Below the pieces are notes generated by a model. That model was not told where the DNA came from. It saw only the letters and a program-made list of their open reading frames with translations, and searched no databases. 64,000 bases of DNA from Candidatus Krumholzibacteriia bacterium (GTDB lineage Bacteria > Krumholzibacteriota > Krumholzibacteriia > JAJRXK01), in contig JBGPIA010000002.1 of the NCBI GenBank assembly GCA_041484665.1, positions 544,001 to 608,000 on the forward strand, written 5' to 3'. The translations under genes were made by a program, and so were the position numbers. Of the stretch, positions 1 to 9,622 are shown one piece after another. Each line of letters starts with the position of its first letter. The first letter of the stretch is position 1.

Positions 1-2
1 TG

Positions 3-671
3 GTGGGCAACGTCCCCAAGCAGGAGGTGCTCGCGCGCGTGCGCGCGGCGTTTCCCCCCATCGCCGGATCGGGCAGCGACCCCCACCCGGTCACGGTCGC
101 CGCAGCGCTGCACGAGCTGGGGCCGCTCCCGCTCACATCGGCGTCGCAGCGCGAAGAACTGCAGATCGGTGGCGAGCAGGCCTGGGTGCGCATGGGCCGC
201 GTGGTCGAGGTCGATCCGTCCGACCGCTGGGCGCTGCAGGTCGCGGCGATGATCGCCTCGGGGAGGATGGCCCAGGACCTGCGCGAGACGCGCGGGCTGG
301 CCTACTCGCTGGGGATCTCGCTCGATCCGTTGGGAAGCCGTGCAGCGATCGTCGCGCGCATGGGCACACGGCAGCAGAACCTCGCCGAGGCCGAGGCCGG
401 CGTGCGCTCGTACCTGACGTCCGGGCAATTGGCAGTGACCGCTGATGAGATCGCGACCGCGGTGAACAGCCACCTTGGCCGCATGCGCATGCGCCGTGTG
501 ACGCGGATCGGCCAGGCGTTCACGCTCAGCGAAGATGTGGCGCTGGGCGAAGGACTGGACGGGGCGCGGCAGGAGGCGAACGGTCTGCGCGCAGTGACCG
601 CGCAGGACGTCGAGCGGGTGGCAAAGCGCTACCTCGGGCAGGGACCGCTCATAACAGTGATCGCACGCTGA
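3..671 (+). CDS. M16 (insulinase/pitrilysin) family peptidase, C-terminal part (5' truncated by window)
   Basis: M16 C-domain motifs 'SGRMAQDLRETRGLAYS' and 'LRAVTAQDVERVAKRYL'. The catalytic HxxEH is not in the window. Confidence 0.85.
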   Translation: MGNVPKQEVLARVRAAFPPIAGSGSDPHPVTVAAALHELGPLPLTSASQREELQIGGEQAWVRMGRVVEVDPSDRWALQVAAMIASGRMAQDLRETRGLAYSLGISLDPLGSRAAIVARMGTRQQNLAEAEAGVRSYLTSGQLAVTADEIATAVNSHLGRMRMRRVTRIGQAFTLSEDVALGEGLDGARQEANGLRAVTAQDVERVAKRYLGQGPLITVIAR

Positions 672-695
672 AGGCCGACGTGACCCACCCGCGCT

Positions 696-2054
696 CTACT
701 TCCGCTCCACGAGCGTGACCTTCACCGTTTTGCGCTCTTGCCCGCGCAAGAAGACCACCTCCACCTCGTCGCCCGGGGCGTAGCGCTTCATGGCATCGGA
801 GTAGTCCGTCAGAGTGTCGACGGGCGTGCCGCCGAACTCCACGAGAATGTCGCCAGCCTCCAGTCCGGCCTGCTCGGCGGGGCTTCCCGGCAAGACTCCC
901 GCGAGTAGCACGCCCCCGGATTCGCGCTGGAAATCGGGAATCGACCCGAAGCTGACGCGCCGGCGACTCGCTCCCGTTGCGCCTTTGGTCTGCGCCTCTG
1001 CGGCCGCGTGCGCCGCGGCCTTTGCCGCGCCCTCGGGCACGAAGCTCAGCGGACGGTCACGGTCGGCGAGGTAGCGCGCCAGCTCGGTGGTGAACTCCGC
1101 GATCTTCGCAAGTCCCTCCACATCGATCTTGTCCGGCGTATCGCTGGGCCGGTGGTAGTCCGGGTTGGCGCCGGTGAACAGCTGCACGGCCGGAACGCCC
1201 TTGGCCAGAAACGACAGGTCGTCGCTGCCCATCGAGCTGCGCAAGATGAGCTGCAGGTCGAACCGGAAGCCGACGTTGACGCCTTTGACGACATTCTCCA
1301 GCTCGGCGGCGGTGCCCACTCCGAACACCGTGAGTCGGTCGTGGGTCAGTCGGCCGACGGTGTCGAGGTTGATCATCGCGATCGCCTCGTTGAGCGGCCG
1401 CACGGGGTGCTCGGCGTAGTACTGGCTGCCCAGGCGCCCCTGCTCCTCGCCACCGAACAGCACGAGCACGATGTCGTGCAGGTGATTGGTCGAGCCTTGC
1501 CGCGCTACCTCCAGCAGCGCGGCGGCGCCGGAGGCGTTGTCGTCCGCGCCGGGATACAGCTCCCCCGCGTTGGGGTCGCCAGGCTGGCCGATGCCCAGAT
1601 GATCGTAGTGCGCTCCGACCAGTACGTGCGCCTTGTCCGCGTAGTGCCCCGCTCCGCGCGAGATCGCGACCAGGTTGATCACGGTGTCTCCCGCCACCGA
1701 AACGAACGTCTGGCGGTAACCATCCGTACCCGCGGGCGCGGGCGCCGACGTCCGCAGCCGTGTCTCCAGGTGCGCGATCGCCCTGCGCAGCCCGCTGCTC
1801 CCCGCTCCCCTCCCCTCCATCGCCGGCGATGCCAGCGTCTGCACTTCCACCCGCAGGATCTGGACGGAGAGCGGGGCGGCTGGCGGAGCCGGCAGAACCT
1901 GCGCAGGCGGTAAAGCCTGTGGATCAGGGGCGGCGCTCGCGGCCGCGTTGCAGAGCGCTACCGACAGCGCCGCGCCCAGCGCCGGGCGTCGCCACGCGCG
2001 ATGGCGCCGGGACCGGTGCCGCGTACGCACGGGAGTGCAGGTCGAGTGGTGCAC
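696..2054 (-). CDS. M28 family peptidase with C-terminal PDZ domain, secreted
   Basis: Zinc-site motifs GAHYDHLG, GADDNASG, GEEQG, NLDTVGR and DYHRPSD; PDZ signature 'GSPAEQAGLEAGDILV'. GTG start at 2054 follows GGAGGA. Confidence 0.9.
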   Translation of the reverse strand: MHHSTCTPVRTRHRSRRHRAWRRPALGAALSVALCNAAASAAPDPQALPPAQVLPAPPAAPLSVQILRVEVQTLASPAMEGRGAGSSGLRRAIAHLETRLRTSAPAPAGTDGYRQTFVSVAGDTVINLVAISRGAGHYADKAHVLVGAHYDHLGIGQPGDPNAGELYPGADDNASGAAALLEVARQGSTNHLHDIVLVLFGGEEQGRLGSQYYAEHPVRPLNEAIAMINLDTVGRLTHDRLTVFGVGTAAELENVVKGVNVGFRFDLQLILRSSMGSDDLSFLAKGVPAVQLFTGANPDYHRPSDTPDKIDVEGLAKIAEFTTELARYLADRDRPLSFVPEGAAKAAAHAAAEAQTKGATGASRRRVSFGSIPDFQRESGGVLLAGVLPGSPAEQAGLEAGDILVEFGGTPVDTLTDYSDAMKRYAPGDEVEVVFLRGQERKTVKVTLVERK

Positions 2055-2095
2055 GAGATCCTCCGTTGTCCGGTGTGACGTTCGCACGCTCCGCG

Positions 2096-4363
2096 CTAGC
2101 GTCCGCCGGGCGGCGCGCCAGCCGACCTGGACGCGACGTTCAGCCGCAGCGGCGATGCGAGCACGGTCCACACGCCCTTGTCGGTGTTCTGCTCGCCGTT
2201 GAACACCAGGTAGCTGTACTTGCCATAGTGCGGGAGCTTGCGGCCGAGCGTGGCGACGACGTCGGGACCCGCTGGCAGGACGACGGTCCAGGCGAGCCGA
2301 GCATCCTGGGGGTCGCGCACCGTGGCCACCACGCTGGCCCCCGCAGCGCGGCCCTGCTGCCGCAACCTCCCCAGCGCGTCGCCGTACAGCCGCGCGCCCA
2401 GCTCGAGCGCGCGATCAGCCAACGCGCCCGGCCCCAGCAGGTAGAGCGCGCGGCCGGACCGCCCCGCGTCGGTGACCTCCTGCTCGTCCACAACCTTCAT
2501 GTTCTGGTTCGCCGACCATTCCTTGCCCAGCGCGCGCAGGGCGGCGGCCAGCGGCGCGGGCGCCCGGCTGCCGATGATCGCCAAGGTCGAGTCCGCCCCC
2601 AGCGTCTGGCTCAGCGCCGGCGGGATCTCCTCGCGATAGAGACGCCGGAACACGTCGTACTCGGGATCGACTGTCACCTGCGTGGCGGCTCTCGCCAGCC
2701 GCAGCTCGACGGATGCTCCGGTCAGGGTGGCGACCAGCGTCGTCTCGGCCGCCGCCCCCACGCGGGCGGTCCCGGCTGCGCCCCCCGCGAGCGTGAAGCG
2801 CACCGGCACCTGCAGGTCGTAGAACGGCTCCACCTGGCGCAGCCGCACGATGCACTCGTCGGCCCCCTGCGAGCCCAGCTCGGCAGAGAGCTGCGCGGCC
2901 CCCGGCCGGCCGATCCACGCCTCGAACCAGTCCGCCAGCTTCTGCCCGCTCGCTCGCTCGAAGCTCGCCACGAGGTCGTCCCAGCTCGCCGCGCGGAATC
3001 TGAAGTCGGTGTACAAGCGCCGCAGCCCCGCATCGAACGCCGCGTCGCCCAGTTTGCGGCGGAGCATATGGAAGACCATCATCGTCTTGCCGTAGCCGAT
3101 GGCCTGGGTGCTGAAGCTCTCCCGCTCGCGGAACTCGCGCAGCGGGAAGTCGCGGCCGCCGCCAACCGCGTAGTCGAGATACCCCTGCAGTTGCGTCAGC
3201 CGGTACTCGCGCGCGGGCGCCGGGCCTTCGCGCTCCTTGTAGAGATAATCGGCCTGGTAGGTCGTCAGGCCCTCGCACCAGTTGCCCTGCTGGTAGTCCA
3301 CGAACACGCCATTGCCCCACCAGTTGTGCAGGATCTCGTGTCCGAAGCTGGTGTGAACGATGAACGGCAGCCGGATCACCTTGTCGCCGAGCAGCGTGAA
3401 CGACGGCATGCCGTAGCCGCTCTGCCACCAGTTCTCCACCAGCGCGAACTTGGCGAAGGGGTACGTCCCGATCCGTCCCTGGTAGAGATCGAGGTACTCA
3501 GCGGCCGCCTTCAAATAGCTCTGGCAGAGGTCCGCGGGGGTGTCGGCATAGGTAAAGGTATACAGCGTGACCGGGCCGTGGGGATCCTGACGCACGATGT
3601 AGGGCCCGGCCACCAGGTAGACCTCCACCATGGGGGCAGGCTCGTTCCACACGCTGTACGTCAGCGCCTCACCGTCTTTGCCATGGCCGGTGCGCCGCCC
3701 CTGGCTGACCGTCTCCCAACCCGGCGGCGCGCGCGTGGTCAGCGTGAACGTGAACGGGTCCTCGCCGCTCCAGGGGACCCAGAAGCTCTTCGCCTCCAGG
3801 TACACGCCGCGCTCGGTGATCAGGCCGCGCGTGGTCTCGAAGCCGGGCGCATACGCGACCTTGGGTGCCTTGAGGCTATCGAGGATCGCACCCGCATAGC
3901 GCAGGGTCAGTACGGGGTGCTTTGACCACCCGTCCGGCGGCGCCGCGACCTCGAGCTCGTGCGCGAGATCGTACTCGGCGAGCTGTTCGTAGTCGGGCTT
4001 GGCCCAGAAATGGCGCGGATCGAAGCCGTCGCGCACCGCAACGCTCACCGGCTTTCCGTCCAGGTCTGCGCGCGTCAGGCACAGGCTGCGGTGCAGCAGC
4101 ACGCGCAGCGGCGCCCGGCGGTCGCGCGGGGGCGACATGAGGACGGTGTCGATCACCGACAACGAGGACGTCGACGGATCCAGACGCGCGTCGATGGCGT
4201 GGTGCAGGATGGGCCATCCGGGTCCAGCCGCCCGGGCCACGGGCGGCCGGGTGCCGCATAGAACGATGCCTGCAGCGATCAGCAGCGCGCACGCGCGCGT
4301 CGATGGGGGCTTGCGCGCGCGCCAAAGACCGTTGCCTGCGGAAGGCCGTTGCCTCGGATGCAT
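2096..4363 (-). CDS. M1 family (gluzincin) aminopeptidase, secreted
   Basis: HEILHNWWGN followed by WCEG (HExxH-x18-E pattern); GYGMP in place of GAMEN; N-terminal signal-like segment. Confidence 0.88.
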   Translation of the reverse strand: MHPRQRPSAGNGLWRARKPPSTRACALLIAAGIVLCGTRPPVARAAGPGWPILHHAIDARLDPSTSSLSVIDTVLMSPPRDRRAPLRVLLHRSLCLTRADLDGKPVSVAVRDGFDPRHFWAKPDYEQLAEYDLAHELEVAAPPDGWSKHPVLTLRYAGAILDSLKAPKVAYAPGFETTRGLITERGVYLEAKSFWVPWSGEDPFTFTLTTRAPPGWETVSQGRRTGHGKDGEALTYSVWNEPAPMVEVYLVAGPYIVRQDPHGPVTLYTFTYADTPADLCQSYLKAAAEYLDLYQGRIGTYPFAKFALVENWWQSGYGMPSFTLLGDKVIRLPFIVHTSFGHEILHNWWGNGVFVDYQQGNWCEGLTTYQADYLYKEREGPAPAREYRLTQLQGYLDYAVGGGRDFPLREFRERESFSTQAIGYGKTMMVFHMLRRKLGDAAFDAGLRRLYTDFRFRAASWDDLVASFERASGQKLADWFEAWIGRPGAAQLSAELGSQGADECIVRLRQVEPFYDLQVPVRFTLAGGAAGTARVGAAAETTLVATLTGASVELRLARAATQVTVDPEYDVFRRLYREEIPPALSQTLGADSTLAIIGSRAPAPLAAALRALGKEWSANQNMKVVDEQEVTDAGRSGRALYLLGPGALADRALELGARLYGDALGRLRQQGRAAGASVVATVRDPQDARLAWTVVLPAGPDVVATLGRKLPHYGKYSYLVFNGEQNTDKGVWTVLASPLRLNVASRSAGAPPGGR

Positions 4364-4516
4364 TCCCCACCTCCCGGGTCGTCACCGAGACGATGCCCCC
4401 GGCGGCGGCGGCTGTCCAGCCCGACGCGCCGGCGGCCGTGCGGCCCAGCGCACGCACCGTGAGCCCGGGGCGTGGGGGCCGGCGCCGGTCGTCGCCGCGA
4501 ACCAGGCGCGACCGGC

Positions 4517-5527
4517 TCAGTGGGAGGCGGGTTTGGGATCGACGCGGACGATCTGCTCTTCCTCGTAATGGGCCTTGGGCCCGTCCGCGGTGTTCATCGG
4601 CAGCTCGTAGGCGCGCTTGGCGTGCTCGTAGATCAGGTCACCGGTGTCCGGGTCGATGACCCGCACCACGTTCCCCGTGAGCACGATGTTGCTGCGCGTC
4701 GCCTGCTGGTCCTTCAGGCGGTCGATGGCGCGCGCGGGCTTGCCGACGAGCTTGGCCACGGCGGCCGCGGTGGTATCGTAGTCGTACTCCACCTTGTAGC
4801 CACGCCGGCCGTTGAGCTCGGTCCAGCCTCCGAAACGCATCACGCCCCTGACCAGCAGCTGGGCCGATCCCACCGTTATGGCCTCCGTCACCACCCACTG
4901 GTCACCGGTCGCCACGCGCGCGCCGATCAGGTCGGCGAGCGGCTTGTTCCACTGGGCGATCTCCATGCGCTCCATCGAGTCGGCGCTGTAGGATTTCGCC
5001 AGGCGGTTGTACATCTCGGGCGGGAGGTTCTTCTCGTACTTGCGCTCTAGCTCGCGGAAACCCTCGATGCGCTCCGCGACCCCCGTGGCGTTCAGGTGGA
5101 CCTTGAGCGTGTGCCCGAGGTTCTGCTTCATCGCGGGGTTGGTCATCTCTTCGCCGTTGAGCGACATCTCGCCCTCGAAGGGCGTCTGCTGCACGATCCA
5201 GCCGAGGTCGGGCTGGCGCTGGTAACGCAGCTCGATCCGCACCGTGGTCTGCTGCTCGCGGCGGTCGCCGGGCACCGTGGGATCGGGAGAGACACGCCGG
5301 TCGCTGAGGTCCCGGATCCAGACCGAGGCGTCCTTGGGCGCGAAGCGGAAGCGCACCGACTCGGGCTCCGCGGCCTGCGGCGCGGGCGTGGACGCGGCGG
5401 CGGTCGCAGGCTCGGCCCCCAAAGCTGCGGCGCCGCGAACAGCGGCGCCGAGGATCGCGCACGCCACGATGGCGTACGGGGGGCTGCCGCAGGCAATCAT
5501 CGACCGTCTGAATCCCCATCCATGCAT
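4517..5527 (-). CDS. Hypothetical secreted, beta-rich protein
   Basis: Good codon usage and a hydrophobic signal-like segment 'AIVACAILGAAVRGAAALGAE'. Start is uncertain (ATG 5527 after AGGGAGAG). Confidence 0.7.
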   Translation of the reverse strand: MHGWGFRRSMIACGSPPYAIVACAILGAAVRGAAALGAEPATAAASTPAPQAAEPESVRFRFAPKDASVWIRDLSDRRVSPDPTVPGDRREQQTTVRIELRYQRQPDLGWIVQQTPFEGEMSLNGEEMTNPAMKQNLGHTLKVHLNATGVAERIEGFRELERKYEKNLPPEMYNRLAKSYSADSMERMEIAQWNKPLADLIGARVATGDQWVVTEAITVGSAQLLVRGVMRFGGWTELNGRRGYKVEYDYDTTAAAVAKLVGKPARAIDRLKDQQATRSNIVLTGNVVRVIDPDTGDLIYEHAKRAYELPMNTADGPKAHYEEEQIVRVDPKPASH

Positions 5528-5767
5528 CGAGCTCTCCCTGGACGAGTCCCGCATCGCGGTGCTCCGGATTCCGCCCACCAGGGCGGGTGCGCGCGCCGCT
5601 TTGCGGGCGGCGGGGATGGCGGGCACGAGCTCCATGATAGTCGAAAGCTGGGACGGGCGCCGACCTGTGGCGCGACTCGGCGGGCGCGCCAACGCCGGCA
5701 GCGCGCGGGTGGGCGCGTGCGCGGCGGCCGCGTCCGGGCCATCGCGTGGGCGCCCACCGGCGAAGCG

Positions 5768-6481
5768 TCAGCGCGCCAGCGGCACGAGCACCTGGCTCAG
5801 CGCGCGGCGCTGATCCGGGAGCACGCATCCGCCCAACAGCGCGTCGGCGGACCAGCGTCCGAACACCAGGTCGGTGAGCCGCCCCCCCACCTGCTGGCAC
5901 GGCAGGTCGACCAACCGCGGTGGGCCCAACGGCACCTCGGCGGTCGCGTCGTCGCCCAGCCCCCACTCCGCGTGCGCCAGGAGCACCGGCTCCGCCACCG
6001 TCATCGCCTCCTGGCAGGAAAGCTCCGCCGCGGACCAGACGATCTCGCAGGCCAGGGCGCCGGCAGCGTCGAGCAGCGTGCACTCGCCCGTGGCCCGCGT
6101 GAGGTGCGTGGCGAAGCGCAGCAGGGTCTCCATGCGCTCGAGCCCCACCGCTGGGACGCGCGCCTGCGCCGGCAGCAGCCCTCCACGCGGGCCAAGATCG
6201 CCCCGGCGCACGGGGATGAACCAGACCGGCAGCAGCACCAGACGGCCGACGTCGGGCAACGGGAGGCGGGGCCGCGCGATCACGCGCGGGACCTCCACCA
6301 TCGACGGGGCGCGTCCCGTTGCCTGCGCGTCCACCGGCACGGTGCTCGTCCGATGGCACGCGTCGCACACGAAGATCCGCCGCCCGGCAGCCGTTGGTAG
6401 CGCGGCTCCGCAAGCGGGGCAGGTCAACGACAACAGATCCACGGCGCTCCTCTCCACGAGCCCAGGCGATCCGATGGACAC
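5768..6481 (-). CDS. Zinc-ribbon protein, YdjG-like paralog 3 (no obvious TM segment)
   Basis: N-terminal CPACG...CDAC; 'LLPVWF' motif; last gene of a four-gene operon. Confidence 0.7.
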   Translation of the reverse strand: MSIGSPGLVERSAVDLLSLTCPACGAALPTAAGRRIFVCDACHRTSTVPVDAQATGRAPSMVEVPRVIARPRLPLPDVGRLVLLPVWFIPVRRGDLGPRGGLLPAQARVPAVGLERMETLLRFATHLTRATGECTLLDAAGALACEIVWSAAELSCQEAMTVAEPVLLAHAEWGLGDDATAEVPLGPPRLVDLPCQQVGGRLTDLVFGRWSADALLGGCVLPDQRRALSQVLVPLAR

Positions 6482-6500
6482 GGCCTCACGCGGCGCGCAT

Positions 6501-7520
6501 CTACGGTGCCAGCTCGCCGACCTGGGCCGATCCGGCGCCCAGCTCCTCGCTCAGCCACCCGCCCAGCCCGACGCGACCACGTGTGCTACCGCGCGCGCGC
6601 AGCCGCAGCAGCACCCACGCCAGGAACCCCGACACCGCCAGTGCAGGATGCACCCCCATCAGGAAGCCGGCCAACGCCGCGGCCAGCAGCCACGCTGCGG
6701 TGCGGTCGGGGGTGCGCAGCGGCCGTGTGCCCGCGAGCAGACGCCCGCGCAGCGCGTCGATGCACGCCACGTGCAGCACGCCCGCGCTGCGGTAGCTGAC
6801 CCGGTAGATGGGGTAGTAGATGAGCGACGCCTGCGCCCGCAGCAGGTCCAGTCGCTGGCGGACGTCCAGCGCTCCGCGCGGGACCACGCGGGCGCAATGG
6901 TAGAGGCGCAGCGCCCGTTTGGCCGCGCTGAGCGGATGGACCACGGCGCATGCGATCTCGTCCCCACGCAACCGGTCGAGGTCGAGCGGTCGCAGCTGCA
7001 GGGTCGCGACGCGATCGGCAATGCCCGCCAGCCCGAAGTCGCGCGCGTCGCACGCGGGGCTCGACCAGGTCACGTCGCGCGCGACGACCTCCTCGACCCG
7101 GTCCTCGGGCGGCAGCTCCGACTTGGCTGGAGCCTGCTCCGCTGCGAGGCCCGGCGCGTGCGGCGGGCGCTCGCGGCGGACGCGGTAGCGCTGCCAGCCG
7201 ACCAACTTTCCCTGCAGCTCCCAGAACGGGAGATAGAACAGCTGCACGCTCTCGATCGCATAGCCGTGGACACCGCGCGCCGACAACAGCGCCGCCACAG
7301 CGCTCGCCGCCCGGCGCCGTCCGATGCGCCCCGCGGGGACGTGGGCCGCCACGCCCGAATCGCTGCGGCGCAGGCACTCGTAGCCGCAATACGAGCAGCG
7401 CAGCCGCGCCGGATCGCCGTCCACGGTTGCGAGCCCCCCGCCGCAACGCGGGCAGCCCAGGCCTAGCGCACGGACGGCCCTGGCCGCCTGACCGCCGCCC
7501 TCCGCCTGCGGCGCGCTCAC
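6501..7520 (-). CDS. Zinc-ribbon membrane protein, YdjG-like paralog 2
   Basis: CPRCG...CSYCG; 'FYLPFW'; 'IYYPIYRVSY...IDALRGRLLAG'; C-terminal TM segments. GTG start overlaps the upstream TGA, with RBS AAGGAG. Confidence 0.78.
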   Translation of the reverse strand: MSAPQAEGGGQAARAVRALGLGCPRCGGGLATVDGDPARLRCSYCGYECLRRSDSGVAAHVPAGRIGRRRAASAVAALLSARGVHGYAIESVQLFYLPFWELQGKLVGWQRYRVRRERPPHAPGLAAEQAPAKSELPPEDRVEEVVARDVTWSSPACDARDFGLAGIADRVATLQLRPLDLDRLRGDEIACAVVHPLSAAKRALRLYHCARVVPRGALDVRQRLDLLRAQASLIYYPIYRVSYRSAGVLHVACIDALRGRLLAGTRPLRTPDRTAAWLLAAALAGFLMGVHPALAVSGFLAWVLLRLRARGSTRGRVGLGGWLSEELGAGSAQVGELAP

Positions 7521-8272
7521 AGGCTCCTTCGGCCGGCACGCGAGGCCAGGAGCCCCGCACCGAGCAAGCACCCGCCGGCCGCCGCACGCCAGGCCGGATC
7601 GTGCACCGCCACTCCGGCGAGCAGCGAGAGCGTCAGGAAGGCCGCGAGGAACTGCACGCGTCGACCGTCCACCGGCGGCTGGAGGGCCGCGTCGGGCAGC
7701 GGCTCCAGCAGCACGCGCTCGGCCCCCGCCAGGTAGAACCCGCGCACCGTGGCCCCGGAGGTCTCCACGGTGAGTGGCGCCACCGACAGCCACACCAACC
7801 GCGCAGCCTCGATGGGCGCCTCGGGCTCCTCGAACGCGGCGCGCGCGGCCGCCAGAGCGTGCGGCAGATCGACGCCAGGTTGCGGCAGCGGCTCCAGACC
7901 GGCTGCGCGCGGATCGCCGCGCTGGACCAGCGGCGCCGCCGGCAGCCGCAGCAGGCGAGCGCCGGGCAGCGCATCCGCGGGCGCGGGCAGCACGTGCTCC
8001 TCACCCGCCCGCGAGACGATCTGCCACATGGCCACGCTGCGCGGCGGTTCGACATGGATGCGGAATCGGCGCGCGCCGGCCAGCAGCAGCGCGCGACGCG
8101 CCTGGTCCTGCGCGGCGACGGGCGATGCGATCAGGGGGACGACGAGCTCCTCGACCCCCGGGCTGCCCGAGACCTCGGCCAGCCCCTGGCAGTAGTCGCA
8201 GGTGAAGCGCGTGAGCGAAGCGGCGATGCGATGGGGCGCGCCGCAGCGCGGACAGCAGACCAGCACCGCCAC
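7517..8272 (-). CDS. Zinc-ribbon membrane protein, YdjG-like paralog 1
   Basis: CPRCG...CDYC at the N-terminus and two C-terminal hydrophobic helices. Starts 6 nt after the SPFH stop. Confidence 0.75.
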   Translation of the reverse strand: MAVLVCCPRCGAPHRIAASLTRFTCDYCQGLAEVSGSPGVEELVVPLIASPVAAQDQARRALLLAGARRFRIHVEPPRSVAMWQIVSRAGEEHVLPAPADALPGARLLRLPAAPLVQRGDPRAAGLEPLPQPGVDLPHALAAARAAFEEPEAPIEAARLVWLSVAPLTVETSGATVRGFYLAGAERVLLEPLPDAALQPPVDGRRVQFLAAFLTLSLLAGVAVHDPAWRAAAGGCLLGAGLLASRAGRRSL

Positions 8273-8278
8273 GGAGGA

Positions 8279-9421
8279 TCAACCTCCCGGCGTGCTCGCC
8301 GGTCCGGAGGGTCCCCGCCCCGGGGAGGGCGGCTTGTGCTCCGCAGGCCCGGCCGCGTGCGGCCCGGCCGGCGCGGCACAGGCGGGACAGAACCGCGCTC
8401 CCGGCGGAAGGACCGCCGCACAGTCGACGCAGCGCGCCGGCGCTGTGGTGCTTGCGGCCGCGGCTGCCGACGCGTCGAGGCGGCCGCCGCAGGCGCTGCA
8501 GTAGCGCCCTGCGAGCACTCTCGCTCCACACGCTCCGCATCCCACAAGTCCGGTCGCGCCCACGCCCTGGGCGACCATGCCGGGCACCAGCAGTCCCAGC
8601 CCCAGCCCCACGCTCGCGTCCAGCGCCGCGCCGGTCGTGCCGCCGCCGGGCGAGCCCGCCCCGGCGCCGCCGGGCAGTTTCCCGATCGCGCGTGCGAGCT
8701 GGTACTGCATGTAGGTGGGCATGTCCTTCACCAGGGCGAGGCTGCCCTGGGAGTCGACCATCGCCTGGACCTCCTCGGGGGGGGTGATCGAGGTGACGTA
8801 GAGATCGCTGAGATGCAGGCCGTGCTTCTCGAAGTCGCCGGCGAGCCGGCCCAGCAGCGCGTGCCCCAGCTCGTCGTAGATCGCTGGCAGGTCCAGCACG
8901 CTGGTCAGCGTCTCGCCGATGTAGTCATTGAGTCGGGCCACGATCACGTCGCGCAGGAACTCCGTGGCATCGCTCGTGGCATAGGTGCCGCGCGTGCCCA
9001 CCATCGCGTGGATGAAGCGCTCGGCGTCGGCCACGGCGAACGTGATCTGCCCGTGAGCGCGCAGCCGCACGTGCCCGAGCTGCTGGTCCTTGAAAATGAC
9101 CGGCTCCCGCGTGCCCCACTTGAGGTTGGTGAACGTCTTGCGATTGACGAAGTAGACTTCGCAACGGAACGGGCTCTTGAACCCCCAGGGCAGGCTGAGG
9201 GCGGCCGTCAACAGCGGGAGGTTCTTCGAGTTCAGGGTGGCGCGCCCGGCCCGGAATCGGTCGTGGGCCTTGCCGCCACAGAAGAAGATCGCCTCCTGGC
9301 TCTCCCGGACGATGAGCTGGGCGCCGAGCTTGATGTCGGCCGAGCCCTCCGGCGGCAGGCGGTGGACCATCTCCTCGCCTGTCTCGTCGAACCACTCCAG
9401 GATCTCAAGGAATGCCGACAT
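8279..9421 (-). CDS. SPFH/Band-7 domain protein (YdjI-like) with C-terminal double zinc ribbon
   Basis: 'GAQLIVRESQEAIFF', 'SPFRCEVYFVN', 'KWGTREPV..D', 'VTSITPPEEVQAMVD'; four CxxC at the C-terminus. ATG 9421 follows GGAGGAG. Confidence 0.9.
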   Translation of the reverse strand: MSAFLEILEWFDETGEEMVHRLPPEGSADIKLGAQLIVRESQEAIFFCGGKAHDRFRAGRATLNSKNLPLLTAALSLPWGFKSPFRCEVYFVNRKTFTNLKWGTREPVIFKDQQLGHVRLRAHGQITFAVADAERFIHAMVGTRGTYATSDATEFLRDVIVARLNDYIGETLTSVLDLPAIYDELGHALLGRLAGDFEKHGLHLSDLYVTSITPPEEVQAMVDSQGSLALVKDMPTYMQYQLARAIGKLPGGAGAGSPGGGTTGAALDASVGLGLGLLVPGMVAQGVGATGLVGCGACGARVLAGRYCSACGGRLDASAAAAASTTAPARCVDCAAVLPPGARFCPACAAPAGPHAAGPAEHKPPSPGRGPSGPASTPGG

Positions 9422-9510
9422 CGCTCCTCCCAGGGGCGTGCTGCTTCGCATCGTGTCCGCGGAGGGTGGACGAGGGCGGATCACGGCGCAGGGTATCCGG
9501 CGACGGAGGC

Positions 9511-9526
9511 TGCAAGCCATGTGCCG
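9511..9526 (-). promoter_or_regulatory. sigma54 (-24/-12) promoter of the SPFH/zinc-ribbon operon
   Basis: Minus strand CGGCACATGGCTTGCA = GG-N10-GC with GGCAC and TTGCA; intergenic, ~90 nt upstream of the ATG. Confidence 0.75.
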
Positions 9527-9622
9527 CGGCCGGGCGCGCGCTGGAGGGCCCGGGCAGGCCGAGCTGGGCAACCGGAGGCGGGCCTTACCGGGAGCAGGCC
9601 GCTGGTCGCCGGCGGCAGGCGC

